A stretch of 59,106 bases of DNA, filler included. It is 5 parts of 5 records of this genome, joined end to end, with 100 filler letters (N's around TTAATTAATTAA, not from the genome) between each part and the next. Parts side by side here need not be neighbours in the genome. Positions count along the whole stretch, not along the records: positions 7,172 to 20,099 come from DRR378314_113; positions 20,200 to 26,925 come from DRR378314_116; 3 more parts are not named here. One strand, written 5' to 3'. Within the stretch, counting starts at the first letter, position 1. Each line of letters starts with the position of its first letter. This document shows, one piece after another, positions 10,341-22,206 of the stretch. The notes beneath the pieces are model-generated. The model saw only the letters and a program-made list of their open reading frames with translations, was not told the origin of the DNA and did no database searches. The translations under genes and the position numbers were made by a program.

Positions 10341-11849
10341 ATGCTTTCGATTTTCGACAAGGGCCGACCGGCCCCATGCCCGGCACCGTTCAACCTCGCC
10401 GCATACGTGTTACAACACGCGCAGTCCCGCGCCACGCATCCAGCGGTGCAGATCTCCGGGCTAGAGGCCGACGAGGTCTGGACCTATGCAGAGCTATTGG
10501 CAGCGGTTCGCGGCACCGCAACCGGATTGCTTGAGGCGGGTTTCACTCCGGGTGACATCCTGTTGATGCGATTGGGAAATACCATTGATTTTCCGTTAAC
10601 CTTCCTGGCCGCAATCACTGCTGGAATCGTGCCGGTGCCCACATCCGCGCAGCTGACAGAACAGGAGATCGCACGGATCGTGTCCGACCTGGCTCCGGCT
10701 GGCATCATTCGCGCCCCGGATGTCATCAGCGTCCCGCATGACCGGGAGATCCAGCTCGATCGGCTACAAGACATGCGAAGACTGCCGCCAGCAGAATATG
10801 ATTTGGGCGCGCCAGACCGGCTCGCCTATGCTGTCTACACTTCGGGGACCGGCGGAAGCGCTCGAGCGGTCGGCCATGCCCATCGTGCAATCTGGGCGCG
10901 CCGCATGATGATCCGCGACTGGTATGACCTGACAGTCGATGACCGGCTCTTGCACGCCGGAGCGTTCAACTGGACCTTCACGCTCGGAACCGGCATCATG
11001 GATCCGCTCTCAGTTGGTGCCACGGCGGTGATCCCACGCTCCGACCTCGACATCTCCTATATCCCCCGACTTCTCTCGCGAAGCGAGGCCAGTATTTTTG
11101 CTGCGGTTCCGGGGGTATACCGAAAGGTTCTCAAGTCCGAAAAACTGCCCGACCTTCCCGTGCTGCGCCATTGCCTCTCAGCCGGTGAAAAACTATCGCC
11201 TGTTCTGAGCAAAGACTGGCAGCACCGTATTGGCACTCAGATCTACGAAGCCTTTGGCATGTCGGAATGCTCGACCTTCATTTCCTCCGCACCGCATCGG
11301 CCTGCACAAGGCAACGCGCTTGGGTTGCCGCAATCCGGTCGGCGTGTTGCTATCCTCGGCGATACCGACCCAGTCCCCATTGGCGAAGAAGGCATCATCG
11401 CCATTCACCGTGAGGACCCCGGCCTGATGATCGGCTATCTCAATTCCGCCGAAGAGACCCGCGCGCGCTTCCGTGGCGAGTGGTTTCTCACCGGGGATCG
11501 CGGTGTCATGAGCGAAACCGGCCAAATTACCTACCGAGGCCGCGATGATGACATGATGAATGCGGGCGGGTTTCGCGTGTCACCGCATGAGATTGAAAAA
11601 GCCTTTGCAGGTCAGGACGGAATATTGCAATTCGTCGCCTCCGAAGTCGAGATCAAACCAAATGTCCGGATTATCGTCGGCTTCTTCAAGGGTCGCGATG
11701 ATGTGACCGAAACCCAGCTACGGGCTTTTGCAGACCAGGCGCTCGCAGAGTACAAACGCCCCAAAGCCTATAAACGACTGGCAGAATTCCCCACCAATCC
11801 CAACGGGAAACTGCTCCGCCGCGCCCTGCCCGACCTGTTCAAGGACTAG
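10341..11849 (+). CDS. AMP-binding acyl-CoA synthetase (class I adenylate-forming enzyme)
   Basis: YTSGTGG P-loop, YEAFGMSE, FLTGDRG, GR.DD and NGKLLRR motifs. Confidence 0.9.
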   Translation: MLSIFDKGRPAPCPAPFNLAAYVLQHAQSRATHPAVQISGLEADEVWTYAELLAAVRGTATGLLEAGFTPGDILLMRLGNTIDFPLTFLAAITAGIVPVPTSAQLTEQEIARIVSDLAPAGIIRAPDVISVPHDREIQLDRLQDMRRLPPAEYDLGAPDRLAYAVYTSGTGGSARAVGHAHRAIWARRMMIRDWYDLTVDDRLLHAGAFNWTFTLGTGIMDPLSVGATAVIPRSDLDISYIPRLLSRSEASIFAAVPGVYRKVLKSEKLPDLPVLRHCLSAGEKLSPVLSKDWQHRIGTQIYEAFGMSECSTFISSAPHRPAQGNALGLPQSGRRVAILGDTDPVPIGEEGIIAIHREDPGLMIGYLNSAEETRARFRGEWFLTGDRGVMSETGQITYRGRDDDMMNAGGFRVSPHEIEKAFAGQDGILQFVASEVEIKPNVRIIVGFFKGRDDVTETQLRAFADQALAEYKRPKAYKRLAEFPTNPNGKLLRRALPDLFKD

Positions 11850-11852
11850 ACC

Positions 11853-12554
11853 ATGACCCAGCCGCTCCCGCATGTGAAACTCGACATCCTCTCCGATCCG
11901 ATCTGCCCCTGGTGCTATATCGGCAAGACATTTCTCGATAAGGCACTGGCCGCGCAGCCGGATCATCCGTTTGTGGTAGAGTGGCATCCGTTTCAGCTGA
12001 ACCCGGACATGCCGGCCGGCGGGATGGACCGACGTGAATACCTCGAAGCGAAATTCGGGGGGAAAGACAACGCGGTAAAGGTCTATGCTCAGATTGCCGA
12101 GCACGCGGCAGACGCCGGTGTCGAGATCAATTTTGAGGCCATGCAACGCACACCCAACACCATAGACGCGCATCGTTTGATCCATTGGGCCGGTCTGGAG
12201 TCAAAACAATCCCCCGTGGTTGATGCCTTGTTTCAGGCTTACTTTGTCGACGGACTCGATATCGGCGATCATGGGGTGCTCTGTGATGTGGCCGAACGCG
12301 CAGGAATGGAACGCGCCGTGGTCGCGAAACTGTTGAGCGGCGACAGCGATATCGAAGATATCCAGTCCCGTGATGCGCATTCCCGCAAAGTGGGCGTCAA
12401 TTCCGTCCCGACCTTCATCATCGCCAATCAGCATGTGGTCCCGGGGGCGCAACAACCAGAGCTATGGACCCAAGTCATAGCGGATATTCGCTCACAACTC
12501 AGCGCGGACACCGTCACGGCTGAAACCGATACTGAAAGCGGTACAACCCACTGA
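11853..12554 (+). CDS. DsbA-family (FrnE-like) oxidoreductase
   Basis: SDPICPWCYIGK CXXC motif, WHPFQLNPDMP and GVNSVPTF cis-Pro loop. Confidence 0.9.
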   Translation: MTQPLPHVKLDILSDPICPWCYIGKTFLDKALAAQPDHPFVVEWHPFQLNPDMPAGGMDRREYLEAKFGGKDNAVKVYAQIAEHAADAGVEINFEAMQRTPNTIDAHRLIHWAGLESKQSPVVDALFQAYFVDGLDIGDHGVLCDVAERAGMERAVVAKLLSGDSDIEDIQSRDAHSRKVGVNSVPTFIIANQHVVPGAQQPELWTQVIADIRSQLSADTVTAETDTESGTTH

Positions 12555-12747
12555 TTTAAATAGGTGATTCACGCATCTAACCATTTTCAGGGTGCGGATT
12601 TGAGACTGGAGCGCACATAACCATGTGCGCTCATTTAACAGTTGAACCACTTTTCCGGCTCCAAAATCCATGTTAGCGCCATTTGGCCGGTGTCCGAACC
12701 CGGGGCGATGCTCGTCCCCCGTTCATGTCACCGGGAGAGGTTTACAC

Positions 12748-13971
12748 ATGATAAGAACACGCAAATCCCCACTATCGCAGGGTGAATTTATCGCCATGAT
12801 TGCGATGATGTTTGCGACGATCGCATTCTCGATCGATGCAATGCTGCCCGCCCTGCCGGACATCGGCGCCACGCTGAGCCCGGATGACACCAACCGCGCT
12901 CAGTTGATTGTCACCTCCTTTGTATTGGGCATGGGCTGTGGCACATTTTTCACCGGACCCTTGTCGGACGCTTTTGGCCGCAAGCCGGTCATTTTTGTCG
13001 GCTCCAGCCTGTATTGCCTCGGCGCGCTTGCGGCCTATTTCAGCCAATCGCTTGAAACCATCCTAATCTCGCGCGTGCTGATGGGTCTGGGTGCAGCTGC
13101 ACCACGAGTTGTTGCCATCGCCATCGTGCGCGATCTCTATGTCGGGCGGGATATGGCGCGGATCATGTCGCTTGTGATGATGATCTTCACGCTGGTCCCC
13201 GCCTTCGCGCCTCTGTTGGGCACTGGCATCATTGCGATCTCTGACTGGCGCGGTATTTTTGCGGCCTTCGCCATCTTCTCCGTGATTACCGTGGTCTGGA
13301 TGGGCTTTCGCTTGGTTGAGCCCTTGAAGAAAGAAGACCGCCGCCCCTTACGGCTGCCACAAATGCTGGCAGCCCTGCGTGAAATGGTGAACCACCCGAC
13401 CGTCCGTCTGTCGATCTTGGCACAGACCTTCTGCATGGCAATGCTCTTCACCATCATTGTCATGGTGCAGCCGGCCTATGACGAGGTCTTTGACCGAGCT
13501 GAGAGTTTCCCGGTCTGGTTCATGATCGTGGCGCTGATGGCTGGAACGGCCAGTTTCCTCAACGCCTCATTGGTGGGTCGTGTCGGCATGCGTCGCATGG
13601 TCACCTGGGCGCTTGGAGTGCAGATCATCGGCAGCAGTGCCATGTTCGTGACAACCCAATTTACCATCGCGGATCCGATGAGCTTTTACATCTTTGTCGC
13701 CTGGCAGACGAGCGTGTTCTTCATGGTGGGCCTGACTTTGGGCAATCTGAACGCGATCGCCATGGAACCGATGGGCCATATCGCCGGCATGGCGGCGTCG
13801 GTGATGGGCGCCATCTCAACCGTTGCGGCGGCCTTCATCGCGGCTCCGGTTGGCCTGCTGTTCGACGGAACGATCGTGCCGATGGTGGGGGGCGTTCTGA
13901 CAGCAGCGATTCTGGCCTTTGTCACCATGCTCCGGATGGGCCGGGTCGAGGCAATGACCGCCGCCGCCTGA
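12748..13971 (+). CDS. Bcr/CflA-family MFS drug efflux transporter
   Basis: AFSIDAMLPALP, GPLSDAFGRKPV motif A, about 12 hydrophobic segments; SD GGAGAGG before the ATG at 12748. Confidence 0.9.
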   Translation: MIRTRKSPLSQGEFIAMIAMMFATIAFSIDAMLPALPDIGATLSPDDTNRAQLIVTSFVLGMGCGTFFTGPLSDAFGRKPVIFVGSSLYCLGALAAYFSQSLETILISRVLMGLGAAAPRVVAIAIVRDLYVGRDMARIMSLVMMIFTLVPAFAPLLGTGIIAISDWRGIFAAFAIFSVITVVWMGFRLVEPLKKEDRRPLRLPQMLAALREMVNHPTVRLSILAQTFCMAMLFTIIVMVQPAYDEVFDRAESFPVWFMIVALMAGTASFLNASLVGRVGMRRMVTWALGVQIIGSSAMFVTTQFTIADPMSFYIFVAWQTSVFFMVGLTLGNLNAIAMEPMGHIAGMAASVMGAISTVAAAFIAAPVGLLFDGTIVPMVGGVLTAAILAFVTMLRMGRVEAMTAAA

Positions 13972-13997
13972 GGCGACACCGCATAACATCGCAAGTC

Positions 13998-14030
13998 AAA
14001 GCCCTCTCAGGTTACCTTGAGAGGGCTTTT
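13998..14030. terminator. Bidirectional terminator between the MFS gene and mfd
   Basis: AAAGCCCTCTCA...TGAGAGGGCTTTT inverted repeat between convergent genes. Confidence 0.8.
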
Positions 14031-14033
14031 CTT

Positions 14034-17000
14034 TTAGCTGTTCTTGGCTTTCTTTTTCGCGGCGACGACCTTTTCAGCAAGATCGCGCGCAATGGCAAAG
14101 GCGCCTTTGATCTTGTCGCTATCCTTGCGCCAATCGCGCCGGACAACAATCTTGTTGTCCTTCACCTTCGCAAGCCCATCCTGTGCCTGGATGAATTCAA
14201 CCAGACCTTGGGGCGAGGCAAACTTGTCGTTGTGGAACTGGATCGTTGCGCCTTTGGGGCCTCCGTCCAGTTTGGAAATCCCAGCTTTCTTGCACATCGC
14301 CTTGATCCGAACAACAAGCATCAAGGTATTGACCTCTTTGGGCAATTTACCAAACCGGTCAATCAGCTCCGCAGCAAACCCCTCCAGTTCGACCTTGCTG
14401 GTCAGCGAGGAGAGACGGCGATACAGCCCCAGACGCACATCAAGATCGGGCACATAGGCCTCTGGGATCAACACAGGCACACCAAGGTTGATCTGCGGCG
14501 CCCATTGCTCATCGCCCTCGACAAGCCCTTCAACCTCGCCGGATTTGATCTTGGCAATCGCCTCCTCCAGCATCGACTGGTAAAGCTCATACCCCACATC
14601 CCGCATCTGACCGGACTGTTCTTCGCCCAAGAGATTGCCCGCGCCCCGGATATCCAGATCCTGCGACGCAAGAGTAAATCCTGCGCCGAGTGTATCCAAT
14701 GAGCCAAGCACCCGCAGCCGTTTCTCGGCGGTATCCGTCAGGCGCTGACGTGGTTTCGTGGTGAGATACGCATAGGCTCGCGTCTTGGATCGTCCGACCC
14801 GGCCCCTGATCTGATAGAGCTGTGCCAGACCGAACATATCCGCGCGGTGCACCACCATGGTATTCGCGGTCGGAATGTCGAGACCCGACTCGACGATCGT
14901 CGTGGCCAGCAGGACATCGTATTTACCGTCGTAGAAGGCATTCATCCGGTCATCCAGCTCACCCGCCGCCATCTGTCCATTGGCGACAACATAGGTCAGC
15001 TCGGGCAGCTGTTCCTGCAGGAAGGCCTCGATCTCCGGCAGATCTGAAATGCGCGGCACCACGTAAAAGCTTTGCCCGCCCCGGTAATGTTCACGCAGCA
15101 AGGCCTCGCGGACGGTCACGGCGTCGAACTCGGTCACATAGGTGCGGATTGACAGGCGGTCCACCGGCGGCGTTCCAATGATCGAGAGATCACGGACACC
15201 TGTGAGACTCAGTTGCAGGGTGCGCGGAATGGGAGTCGCGGTCAGAGTAAGAACATGAATGTCGGTGCGCAACTGCTTGAGCCGTTCTTTGTGCGCAACA
15301 CCGAAGTGCTGTTCTTCATCAATGATCAGCAGGCCGAGGTTCTGAAAGCGAATGCTCTTGGCCAAAAGCGCATGGGTGCCCACCACAATGTCCACCGTGC
15401 CCTTGGTCAGCCCCTCGCGGGTCTGGCTGGCTTCCTTCGCTGAAACAATGCGCGACAACTGCCTGACTTCCAAGGGAAAACCACGGAACCTCTCTTTGAA
15501 GCCTGCTGCGTGCTGGCGCGCCAGCAGCGTGGTCGGTGCGACAATGGCCACCTGCAGCCCCGACATCGCCGCGACAAAGGCCGCGCGCATCGCAACCTCG
15601 GTCTTGCCAAAGCCCACATCGCCACAGATCAGGCGATCCATAGGCTGTCCCGAATGCAGATCCCCCATCACGTCCTCGATGGCGCGCAACTGGTCGTCGG
15701 TTTCCTGATAGGGGAAGCGCGCGGAGAACTCCTCCCACGCGTGCGGTGGTGGGTCCATCGCAGGCGCCTTGCGCAACGCACGCTCTGCGGCGATGCGGAT
15801 CAGCCGATCCGCCATCTCTCGGATACGTTCCTTCAGGCGTGCCTTTTTCGCCTGCCAGGCACCGCCGCCCAGCTTGTCGAGAAGACCATCGTCATGGCCA
15901 TATTTGGACAGCAGTTCGATATTCTCGACCGGCAGATAGAGCTTTGATCGCTCTGCATATTCCAGCAGCAAGCATTCATGAGCCGCCCCGGCCGCAGTCA
16001 CCACCTCCAGCCCGATGTAGCGCCCGATCCCGTGGTCCACATGCACCACCAGATCCCCCGGCGACAGAGATTGCGCTTCGGTCAGGAAGTTCTCGGCCTT
16101 GCGGCGTTTCTTCGGCTTGCGGATCAGCCGGTCGCCCAGCACGTCCTGTTCCGAAATCACCGTCATATCCGGCGCCTCGAACCCATGCTCCAGCGCCCAG
16201 ACCGCCAGATGCAGCCCCGACTTGCCAATGCGCGTGCCGTCCAGAACCGGGATAGTTTCCGCAAGACCTTCGTCTTCGATCAACCCGCTCAGCCGCTCCC
16301 GCGCGCCTTCGGAGTAGGACGCGACAACGACGGGCCCCTGGGCAAGCTTCGCCTGAATATGACTGGCCAATGCGCCAAACAGGCTGATACTTTCCTGCTG
16401 GCGTTCAGGGGCGAAATTGCGCCCAATTCGCCCCCCGGCATCAACCACGCCAGGGCCGGAGGCCTGCGGCAGGGGATGAAACTGAACAGCGCGGTGCCGC
16501 GCGATCTGGTTTTCCCATGCGTCATCGTCGAGATACAGAAGCTGCGGTGGCGTTGGTTTGTAAACCGAGTCCATCCGCCCCTTGGCATTCATTGCGATCT
16601 TGCGGGTCTCATATTGATCCGCGATGCTGTCCCAGCGGGCGACGCGCGCCGGTGTCAGCTGATCATCCAGCGTGACAATGGCCCCCGGCATATAGTCAAA
16701 CAAGGTCTCCAGCCGCTCGTGAAAAAACGGCAGCCAGTGCTCGATCCCCTGATGCTTGCGCCCGGCGCTAACCGCCTCATAGAGCGGATCATCATTGCCC
16801 GCCGCGCCGAACTCGATCCGGTAATTCTGCCGGAACCGGGTGACAGCCGCCTCGTCGAGGATCACCTCGGACACCGGTGCCAGCTCGACCATATCCAGCT
16901 TTTCCGTCGTGCGCTGGGTTGCGGGGTCAAATCGGCGCGCACTATCCAGAACATCACCAAAGAAATCCAGGCGCACCGGTCCGCTGTCGCCCGGCGGGAA

Positions 17001-17489
17001 GATATCAATGATGCCGCCACGAATGGCATAATCGCCAGGCTCCATCACCGTCGGACTTTGGGTAAACCCCATACGAACCAGAAACTTACGGAGCGCAGAT
17101 TCATCGACCCGACTGTCGACGCGGGCCTTGAACGCCGCCTCTCTCAGCACCTCACGCGCGGGAATTCTCTGCGTTGCCGCGTTCAGGGTCGTCAGCAGGA
17201 TGAACTGTCGGGGCATCCCATGAACCAGCGCCGCCAAGGTGGCCATCCGCGCGGCGGAGATATCCGCATTTGGCGACACCCGGTCATATGGCAGGCAATC
17301 CCATCCGGGGAACACCACAACCGGCACATCAGGCGCGAAGAAGCGCAGCGCCGACCTCATGGCCTCCATCCGCTTGTCATCGCGCGCAATGTGCAGAACC
17401 GGCGCCGCACTGCGCTCCATCTCGCGCAGCACCAAACGCGCATCAAAGCCTTCGGGGGCGCCGCCCATGACGACAGATTGTTGGGTCAT
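14034..17489 (-). CDS. mfd: Transcription-repair coupling factor
   Basis: FPGWDCLPYD, GDLVVHVDHGIGRY CarD/RID region, CGDVGFGKTEVA, DEEQHFGV, TATPIPRT, QIRGRVGRS and TRCF C-terminal domain. Confidence 0.98.
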   Translation of the reverse strand: MTQQSVVMGGAPEGFDARLVLREMERSAAPVLHIARDDKRMEAMRSALRFFAPDVPVVVFPGWDCLPYDRVSPNADISAARMATLAALVHGMPRQFILLTTLNAATQRIPAREVLREAAFKARVDSRVDESALRKFLVRMGFTQSPTVMEPGDYAIRGGIIDIFPPGDSGPVRLDFFGDVLDSARRFDPATQRTTEKLDMVELAPVSEVILDEAAVTRFRQNYRIEFGAAGNDDPLYEAVSAGRKHQGIEHWLPFFHERLETLFDYMPGAIVTLDDQLTPARVARWDSIADQYETRKIAMNAKGRMDSVYKPTPPQLLYLDDDAWENQIARHRAVQFHPLPQASGPGVVDAGGRIGRNFAPERQQESISLFGALASHIQAKLAQGPVVVASYSEGARERLSGLIEDEGLAETIPVLDGTRIGKSGLHLAVWALEHGFEAPDMTVISEQDVLGDRLIRKPKKRRKAENFLTEAQSLSPGDLVVHVDHGIGRYIGLEVVTAAGAAHECLLLEYAERSKLYLPVENIELLSKYGHDDGLLDKLGGGAWQAKKARLKERIREMADRLIRIAAERALRKAPAMDPPPHAWEEFSARFPYQETDDQLRAIEDVMGDLHSGQPMDRLICGDVGFGKTEVAMRAAFVAAMSGLQVAIVAPTTLLARQHAAGFKERFRGFPLEVRQLSRIVSAKEASQTREGLTKGTVDIVVGTHALLAKSIRFQNLGLLIIDEEQHFGVAHKERLKQLRTDIHVLTLTATPIPRTLQLSLTGVRDLSIIGTPPVDRLSIRTYVTEFDAVTVREALLREHYRGGQSFYVVPRISDLPEIEAFLQEQLPELTYVVANGQMAAGELDDRMNAFYDGKYDVLLATTIVESGLDIPTANTMVVHRADMFGLAQLYQIRGRVGRSKTRAYAYLTTKPRQRLTDTAEKRLRVLGSLDTLGAGFTLASQDLDIRGAGNLLGEEQSGQMRDVGYELYQSMLEEAIAKIKSGEVEGLVEGDEQWAPQINLGVPVLIPEAYVPDLDVRLGLYRRLSSLTSKVELEGFAAELIDRFGKLPKEVNTLMLVVRIKAMCKKAGISKLDGGPKGATIQFHNDKFASPQGLVEFIQAQDGLAKVKDNKIVVRRDWRKDSDKIKGAFAIARDLAEKVVAAKKKAKNS

Positions 17490-17520
17490 GAGGTTTCCCT
17501 TTTTCACGTTTTACCGCCGC

Positions 17521-18042
17521 TCAACCGAGCACTCCGATGGTCAGATTCTGATACATGCCCCAGATCCCGGTGACAAAAATCGACACGACCCCGACCAGCT
17601 GAATAGAGATCCGGGTGCGCGTCAGGCGCCGACGCAATGCCTCATCATCATGAGGCGCTTTCAGGATCCGGGCAGCGCGCAGATTGATGAGCGCAACGAT
17701 GTTCATCGGCAAAAGCATCAACACCACGGCCTGAGCAAACTCGACACCGTAAATGAAGCCCAGCATCAACAACGAGGTGGTCACGAAGAATGCGAAGGCC
17801 GTCATCAGAAATCCTGAAACATCAGATATATACAAAAGACGGTTCACCTGGATACGCACCGCATCCTGCAGGTCTTGCGCGGTTTGCCCGCCAATGCGCG
17901 CGGCGCGTCCGACCATGTCATAGGGCACCCCAAGCACCCAATGGCTGGCAGAAGACCACAAGACCGCAAGCGCGATCCAATACCACAGGTTGGAGAAGGA
18001 CCGGAGGTCGATCAACTCGACGATGAGACTAAACAGATCCAA
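17521..18042 (-). CDS. Conserved Rhodobacteraceae membrane protein
   Basis: ELIDLRSFSNLWYWIALAVLWSSASHWVLGVPYD N-terminus and 4 hydrophobic segments; probable TTG start at 18042. Confidence 0.75.
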   Translation of the reverse strand: MDLFSLIVELIDLRSFSNLWYWIALAVLWSSASHWVLGVPYDMVGRAARIGGQTAQDLQDAVRIQVNRLLYISDVSGFLMTAFAFFVTTSLLMLGFIYGVEFAQAVVLMLLPMNIVALINLRAARILKAPHDDEALRRRLTRTRISIQLVGVVSIFVTGIWGMYQNLTIGVLG

Positions 18043-18222
18043 GGTTGGTCCATTTCCTGATGTAGTGTCATATAGATGCGCACAGACGCGGCACCCGCCC
18101 TGTATCCATTGCCCGGCCTGCGGACACAAGTGCTGCTGCGGCAGAAATGCGCAGCTACAGCACTTGTGAAACACCGTTGTTCCATGTCACCCATAGGCAC
18201 CGGATTTTTACAAGAGACCGAG

Positions 18223-19221
<999 letters not shown>

Positions 19222-19356
19222 TCGACCAAGCGTGTTCACAAGAGCGGGAACCTGCCCAAAGTGATATGCTTCGAGATGACAGGCGCGCCAAATGCGCATA
19301 CAATCACGCGCAACAAGGTGCAGAAAGCATCGCAATAAATTGCAGGTACAGAGAAA

Positions 19357-19929
19357 ATGAGCAGAGATAAAACCATGCTGTCCCGTCGCGCCTTCGCCAC
19401 GGCAGGCCTCGCCTCTCTGGGTGTGACGGCGGCCTGTGGCAACGGAATTGGCAATACCAACAACGTGAAGATTGACGCGCGCGTAAATGCTACCCTGAAC
19501 CAGATGTACAGCCGTTACCCCGGCACCCGTGATCTGGCGGAGAAATCGGCTGGTATGCTGGTTATTCCGCTGGTGACGGAAGCGGGATTCATCTTTGGCG
19601 GCGCCTACGGTCGCGGGGCTTTGCGCATCAATGGTGCCACGGTTGACTACTACGCCGCGATCAAGGGCAACGCGGGGCTGCAAATTGGCGCGCAGCAATA
19701 TGCGCATGTCCTGTTCTTCATGACCGACGCGGCGCTTGCCCGCTTCCGTCGCTCCTCCGGCTGGACCGCTGGCGCGGATCTGGAATATGTCGTCAAGGAT
19801 GAAGGCAACGCCCTGACCGCCGACACCAATACATTGACCGCGCCTGTTATCGCTGCGGTCTTCGGTCAGGCTGGGTTGCGCATCGGCGCGACTTTGGAAG
19901 GGTCCAAATACACGCGCATCATCCCCTGA
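19357..19929 (+). CDS. Ysc84/SYLF-domain lipoprotein with Tat signal
   Basis: SRRAF twin-arginine motif, TAAC lipobox, GFIFGGAYGRGAL and GLQIGAQ. Confidence 0.8.
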   Translation: MSRDKTMLSRRAFATAGLASLGVTAACGNGIGNTNNVKIDARVNATLNQMYSRYPGTRDLAEKSAGMLVIPLVTEAGFIFGGAYGRGALRINGATVDYYAAIKGNAGLQIGAQQYAHVLFFMTDAALARFRRSSGWTAGADLEYVVKDEGNALTADTNTLTAPVIAAVFGQAGLRIGATLEGSKYTRIIP

Positions 19930-19958
19930 CCTGCGGTTTTCTTTTATATCAAAACGAT

Positions 19959-19987
19959 AAAAGCCTCCCCGCATGTGGGAGGCTTTT
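19959..19987. terminator. Bidirectional terminator
   Basis: AAAAGCCTCCC...GGGAGGCTTTT. Confidence 0.8.
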
Positions 19988-20011
19988 CATTTTTCAGGCC
20001 TTGTTGGGTAG

Positions 20012-20099
20012 TTACCCCATCGCGCGAAGGCGTTTAATCAGCGACGAAGTATCCCAGCGCCCGCCGCCAAGTTTCTGCACATCCTTGTAGAACTGATCC
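20012..20099 (-). CDS. C-terminal fragment of a beta-hydroxyacid dehydrogenase (3-hydroxyisobutyrate DH family), cut by the contig end
   Basis: Reads DQFYKDVQKLGGGRWDTSSLIKRLRAMG*, a typical C-terminus of this family. Confidence 0.75.
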
Positions 20100-20199
20100 N
20101 NNNNNNNNNNNNNNNNNNNNNNNNNNNNNNNNNNNNNNNNNNNTTAATTAATTAANNNNNNNNNNNNNNNNNNNNNNNNNNNNNNNNNNNNNNNNNNNN
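20100..20199. other. Artificial contig linker
   Basis: N/TTAATTAATTAA/N. Confidence 0.99.
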
Positions 20200-22206
20200 A
20201 GCAGCGGCGGCGGCGGCGGCGGCGGCGCGCCGGACCAGGACAAGCTCCGTATGCTTGCGCTGGGCATTGGATCGACCGCCGCCCTTGCGCTGCTGTTGAT
20301 GGGCAATGACAATTCCGATGGGCAGGAAATTACGTTTCAGCAGTTTGTCACGCGGCTCCTTCCCTCGGGCAGCGTCGAGCGCCTGGAATGCGTGAACAAA
20401 ACCTACGTGCGCGTACACCTGAAGCCGAGTGACAACTTTGGCATCGAGCCCGTGCAGGGCCGCGCTCCGGCCGCCGGCGACGCTGTCAGTCGTAGCGCGC
20501 CGTACTACTTCACTGTCGGCAGCGTAGATATTTTGGAAGAGCGACTCGAGGATGCACAGCGTGCGCTCGGCGTGAAACCGGGTAACTTCGTCCCGCTCGC
20601 CTATGTGGACGAAGTGAGCCTCGCCGCAGAGGCAGGCCGCTTTGTCCCCACGCTGCTGCTCATCGGCGCCATTGTCTACCTGGCGCGCCGCGGCATGGCG
20701 CAGGGCGGCGCCGGCGGCGGGCGCAACATCTTCTCCATCGGAAAGACCAATGCGTCGACTATCAAGGCGGAAGATAATGTGGGCGTCACGTTTGCGGACG
20801 TGGCAGGCTGCGACGAGGCCAAGGCCGAAGTCACCGAGTTTGTCGACTTTCTGAACAACCCCGAGCGCTATACCCGCTTGGGGTCACGCATTCCCAAAGG
20901 CGCACTACTGGTTGGTCCGCCAGGCACAGGAAAGACCTTGCTCGCCAAAGCGGTCGCAGGAGAGGCCAAGGTGCCGTTCTTGTCCGTGTCAGGGTCGGAC
21001 TTTCTCGAAATGTTCGTCGGCGTCGGGCCGTCGCGCGTGCGAGATCTCTTTGCCAAAGCGCGCGCCTCTGCACCGTGCATCATGTTTATCGACGAGATCG
21101 ACGCAATAGGCCGCGCGCGAGGCCGCGGCGGTCTCTCGGTTGGCAACGACGAGCGCGAAAACACGCTGAATCAGATGCTCGTCGAAATGGATGGCTTCAC
21201 GGCGTCAACGGGCGTCGTCGTGCTGGCCGGCACGAACCGTGCCGACATTCTCGACAGTGCGCTCCTGCGCCCTGGTCGCTTCGACAGAAAAATCTCCGTC
21301 GACCGCCCCGATGTGCGCGGTCGAGAACAGATTTTCAACGTGTACTTGCCAAAAGTCCGGGTGGCGGAAAAATGCAAGGATGGGCTCGCTGCGCGGCTAG
21401 CCCGGCTGACCCCGGGCATGGTCGGTGCGGATATCCGCAACGTCGTCAACGAGGCCGCATTGATCGCCGCGCGCGACGACGCGGACGCAATTGAGCTCAA
21501 GCACTTTGATTCTGCTATCGATAAGAGCATTGCCGGCGTCGAAAACCGATCGCGCGTCATTTCCAAGGATGAGAAGCAAATTATAGCCGTGCACGAAGCC
21601 GGACATGCCGTGGTAGGTTGGAACCTCCCGAATGTCGACGAACTCCTCAAGGTCACCATCATTCCGCGCAGCAGCGGCGCGCTCGGGTTCGCCCAGTACC
21701 TGCCAAAGGACCAATATCTCTACACGGAGCCGCAGATTCTCGATCGAATCTGCATGACGCTCGGCGGCAGAGCAGCCGAAGAAGTTACGTTCGGTCGAGT
21801 TACCACGGGCGCGCGCGACGATCTGGACAAGGTCACCAAAATCGCCTACATGCATATCACGCGTTGGGGCATGGATGAGACGGTGGGCAACCTCAACTTC
21901 GACATCGGGTCCGAGGGCGTCAACTTCCAAAAACCGTACTCCGAGGACACTGCTCGCAAAATCGATATCGCAGCGCAAAAGCTCGTAAACGAGCAGTACG
22001 AGCGCGCAAAGGCCATCGTTCGCGAGCGCCTGGCAGATGTCGAAAGCATATCGCGCTTGCTGTTGGAGCGCGAGGTCATCTCCGTCGACGACGTGCGCGA
22101 CCTCATCGGGCCGCGACCTGCGAACCCTGATGACGCTGCCACCACGACGAGCAATGCTCCGGCCGCCGAACCCAGCCCAAATGTCCAACCCGCGCCCACT
22201 GCCTAG
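20200..22206 (+). CDS. Mitochondrial m-AAA metalloprotease (AFG3/paraplegin-type FtsH), 5'-truncated
   Basis: FtsH_ext region, GPPGTGKT Walker A, FIDEID Walker [18 protein letters not shown] zinc motif, ALGFAQYLP. The frame is open to the contig edge through a (GGC)n poly-Gly run. Confidence 0.93.
   Translation, partial: SSGGGGGGGAPDQDKLRMLALGIGSTAALALLLMGNDNSDGQEITFQQFVTRLLPSGSVERLECVNKTYVRVHLKPSDNFGIEPVQGRAPAAGDAVSRSAPYYFTVGSVDILEERLEDAQRALGVKPGNFVPLAYVDEVSLAAEAGRFVPTLLLIGAIVYLARRGMAQGGAGGGRNIFSIGKTNASTIKAEDNVGVTFADVAGCDEAKAEVTEFVDFLNNPERYTRLGSRIPKGALLVGPPGTGKTLLAKAVAGEAKVPFLSVSGSDFLEMFVGVGPSRVRDLFAKARASAPCIMFIDEIDAIGRARGRGGLSVGNDERENTLNQMLVEMDGFTASTGVVVLAGTNRADILDSALLRPGRFDRKISVDRPDVRGREQIFNVYLPKVRVAEKCKDGLAARLARLTPGMVGADIRNVVNEAALIAARDDADAIELKHFDSAIDKSIAGVENRSRVISKDEKQIIAVHEAGHAVVGWNLPNVDELLKVTIIPRSSGALGFAQYLPKDQYLYTEPQILDRICMTLGGRAAEEVTFGRVTTGARDDLDKVTKIAYMHITRWGMDETVGNLNFDIGSEGVNFQKPYSEDTARKIDIAAQKLVNEQYERAKAIVRERLADVESISRLLLEREVISVDDVRDLIGPRPANPDDAATTTSNAPAAEPSPNVQPAPTA

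Noticed and set aside
15978-17573. 531-aa plus-strand ORF
   Set aside because: Antisense shadow of mfd in GC-rich DNA with no recognisable motifs.
19930-20260. Apparent bacterium-eukaryote junction suggesting HGT
   Set aside because: The two sides are separated by an artificial linker.
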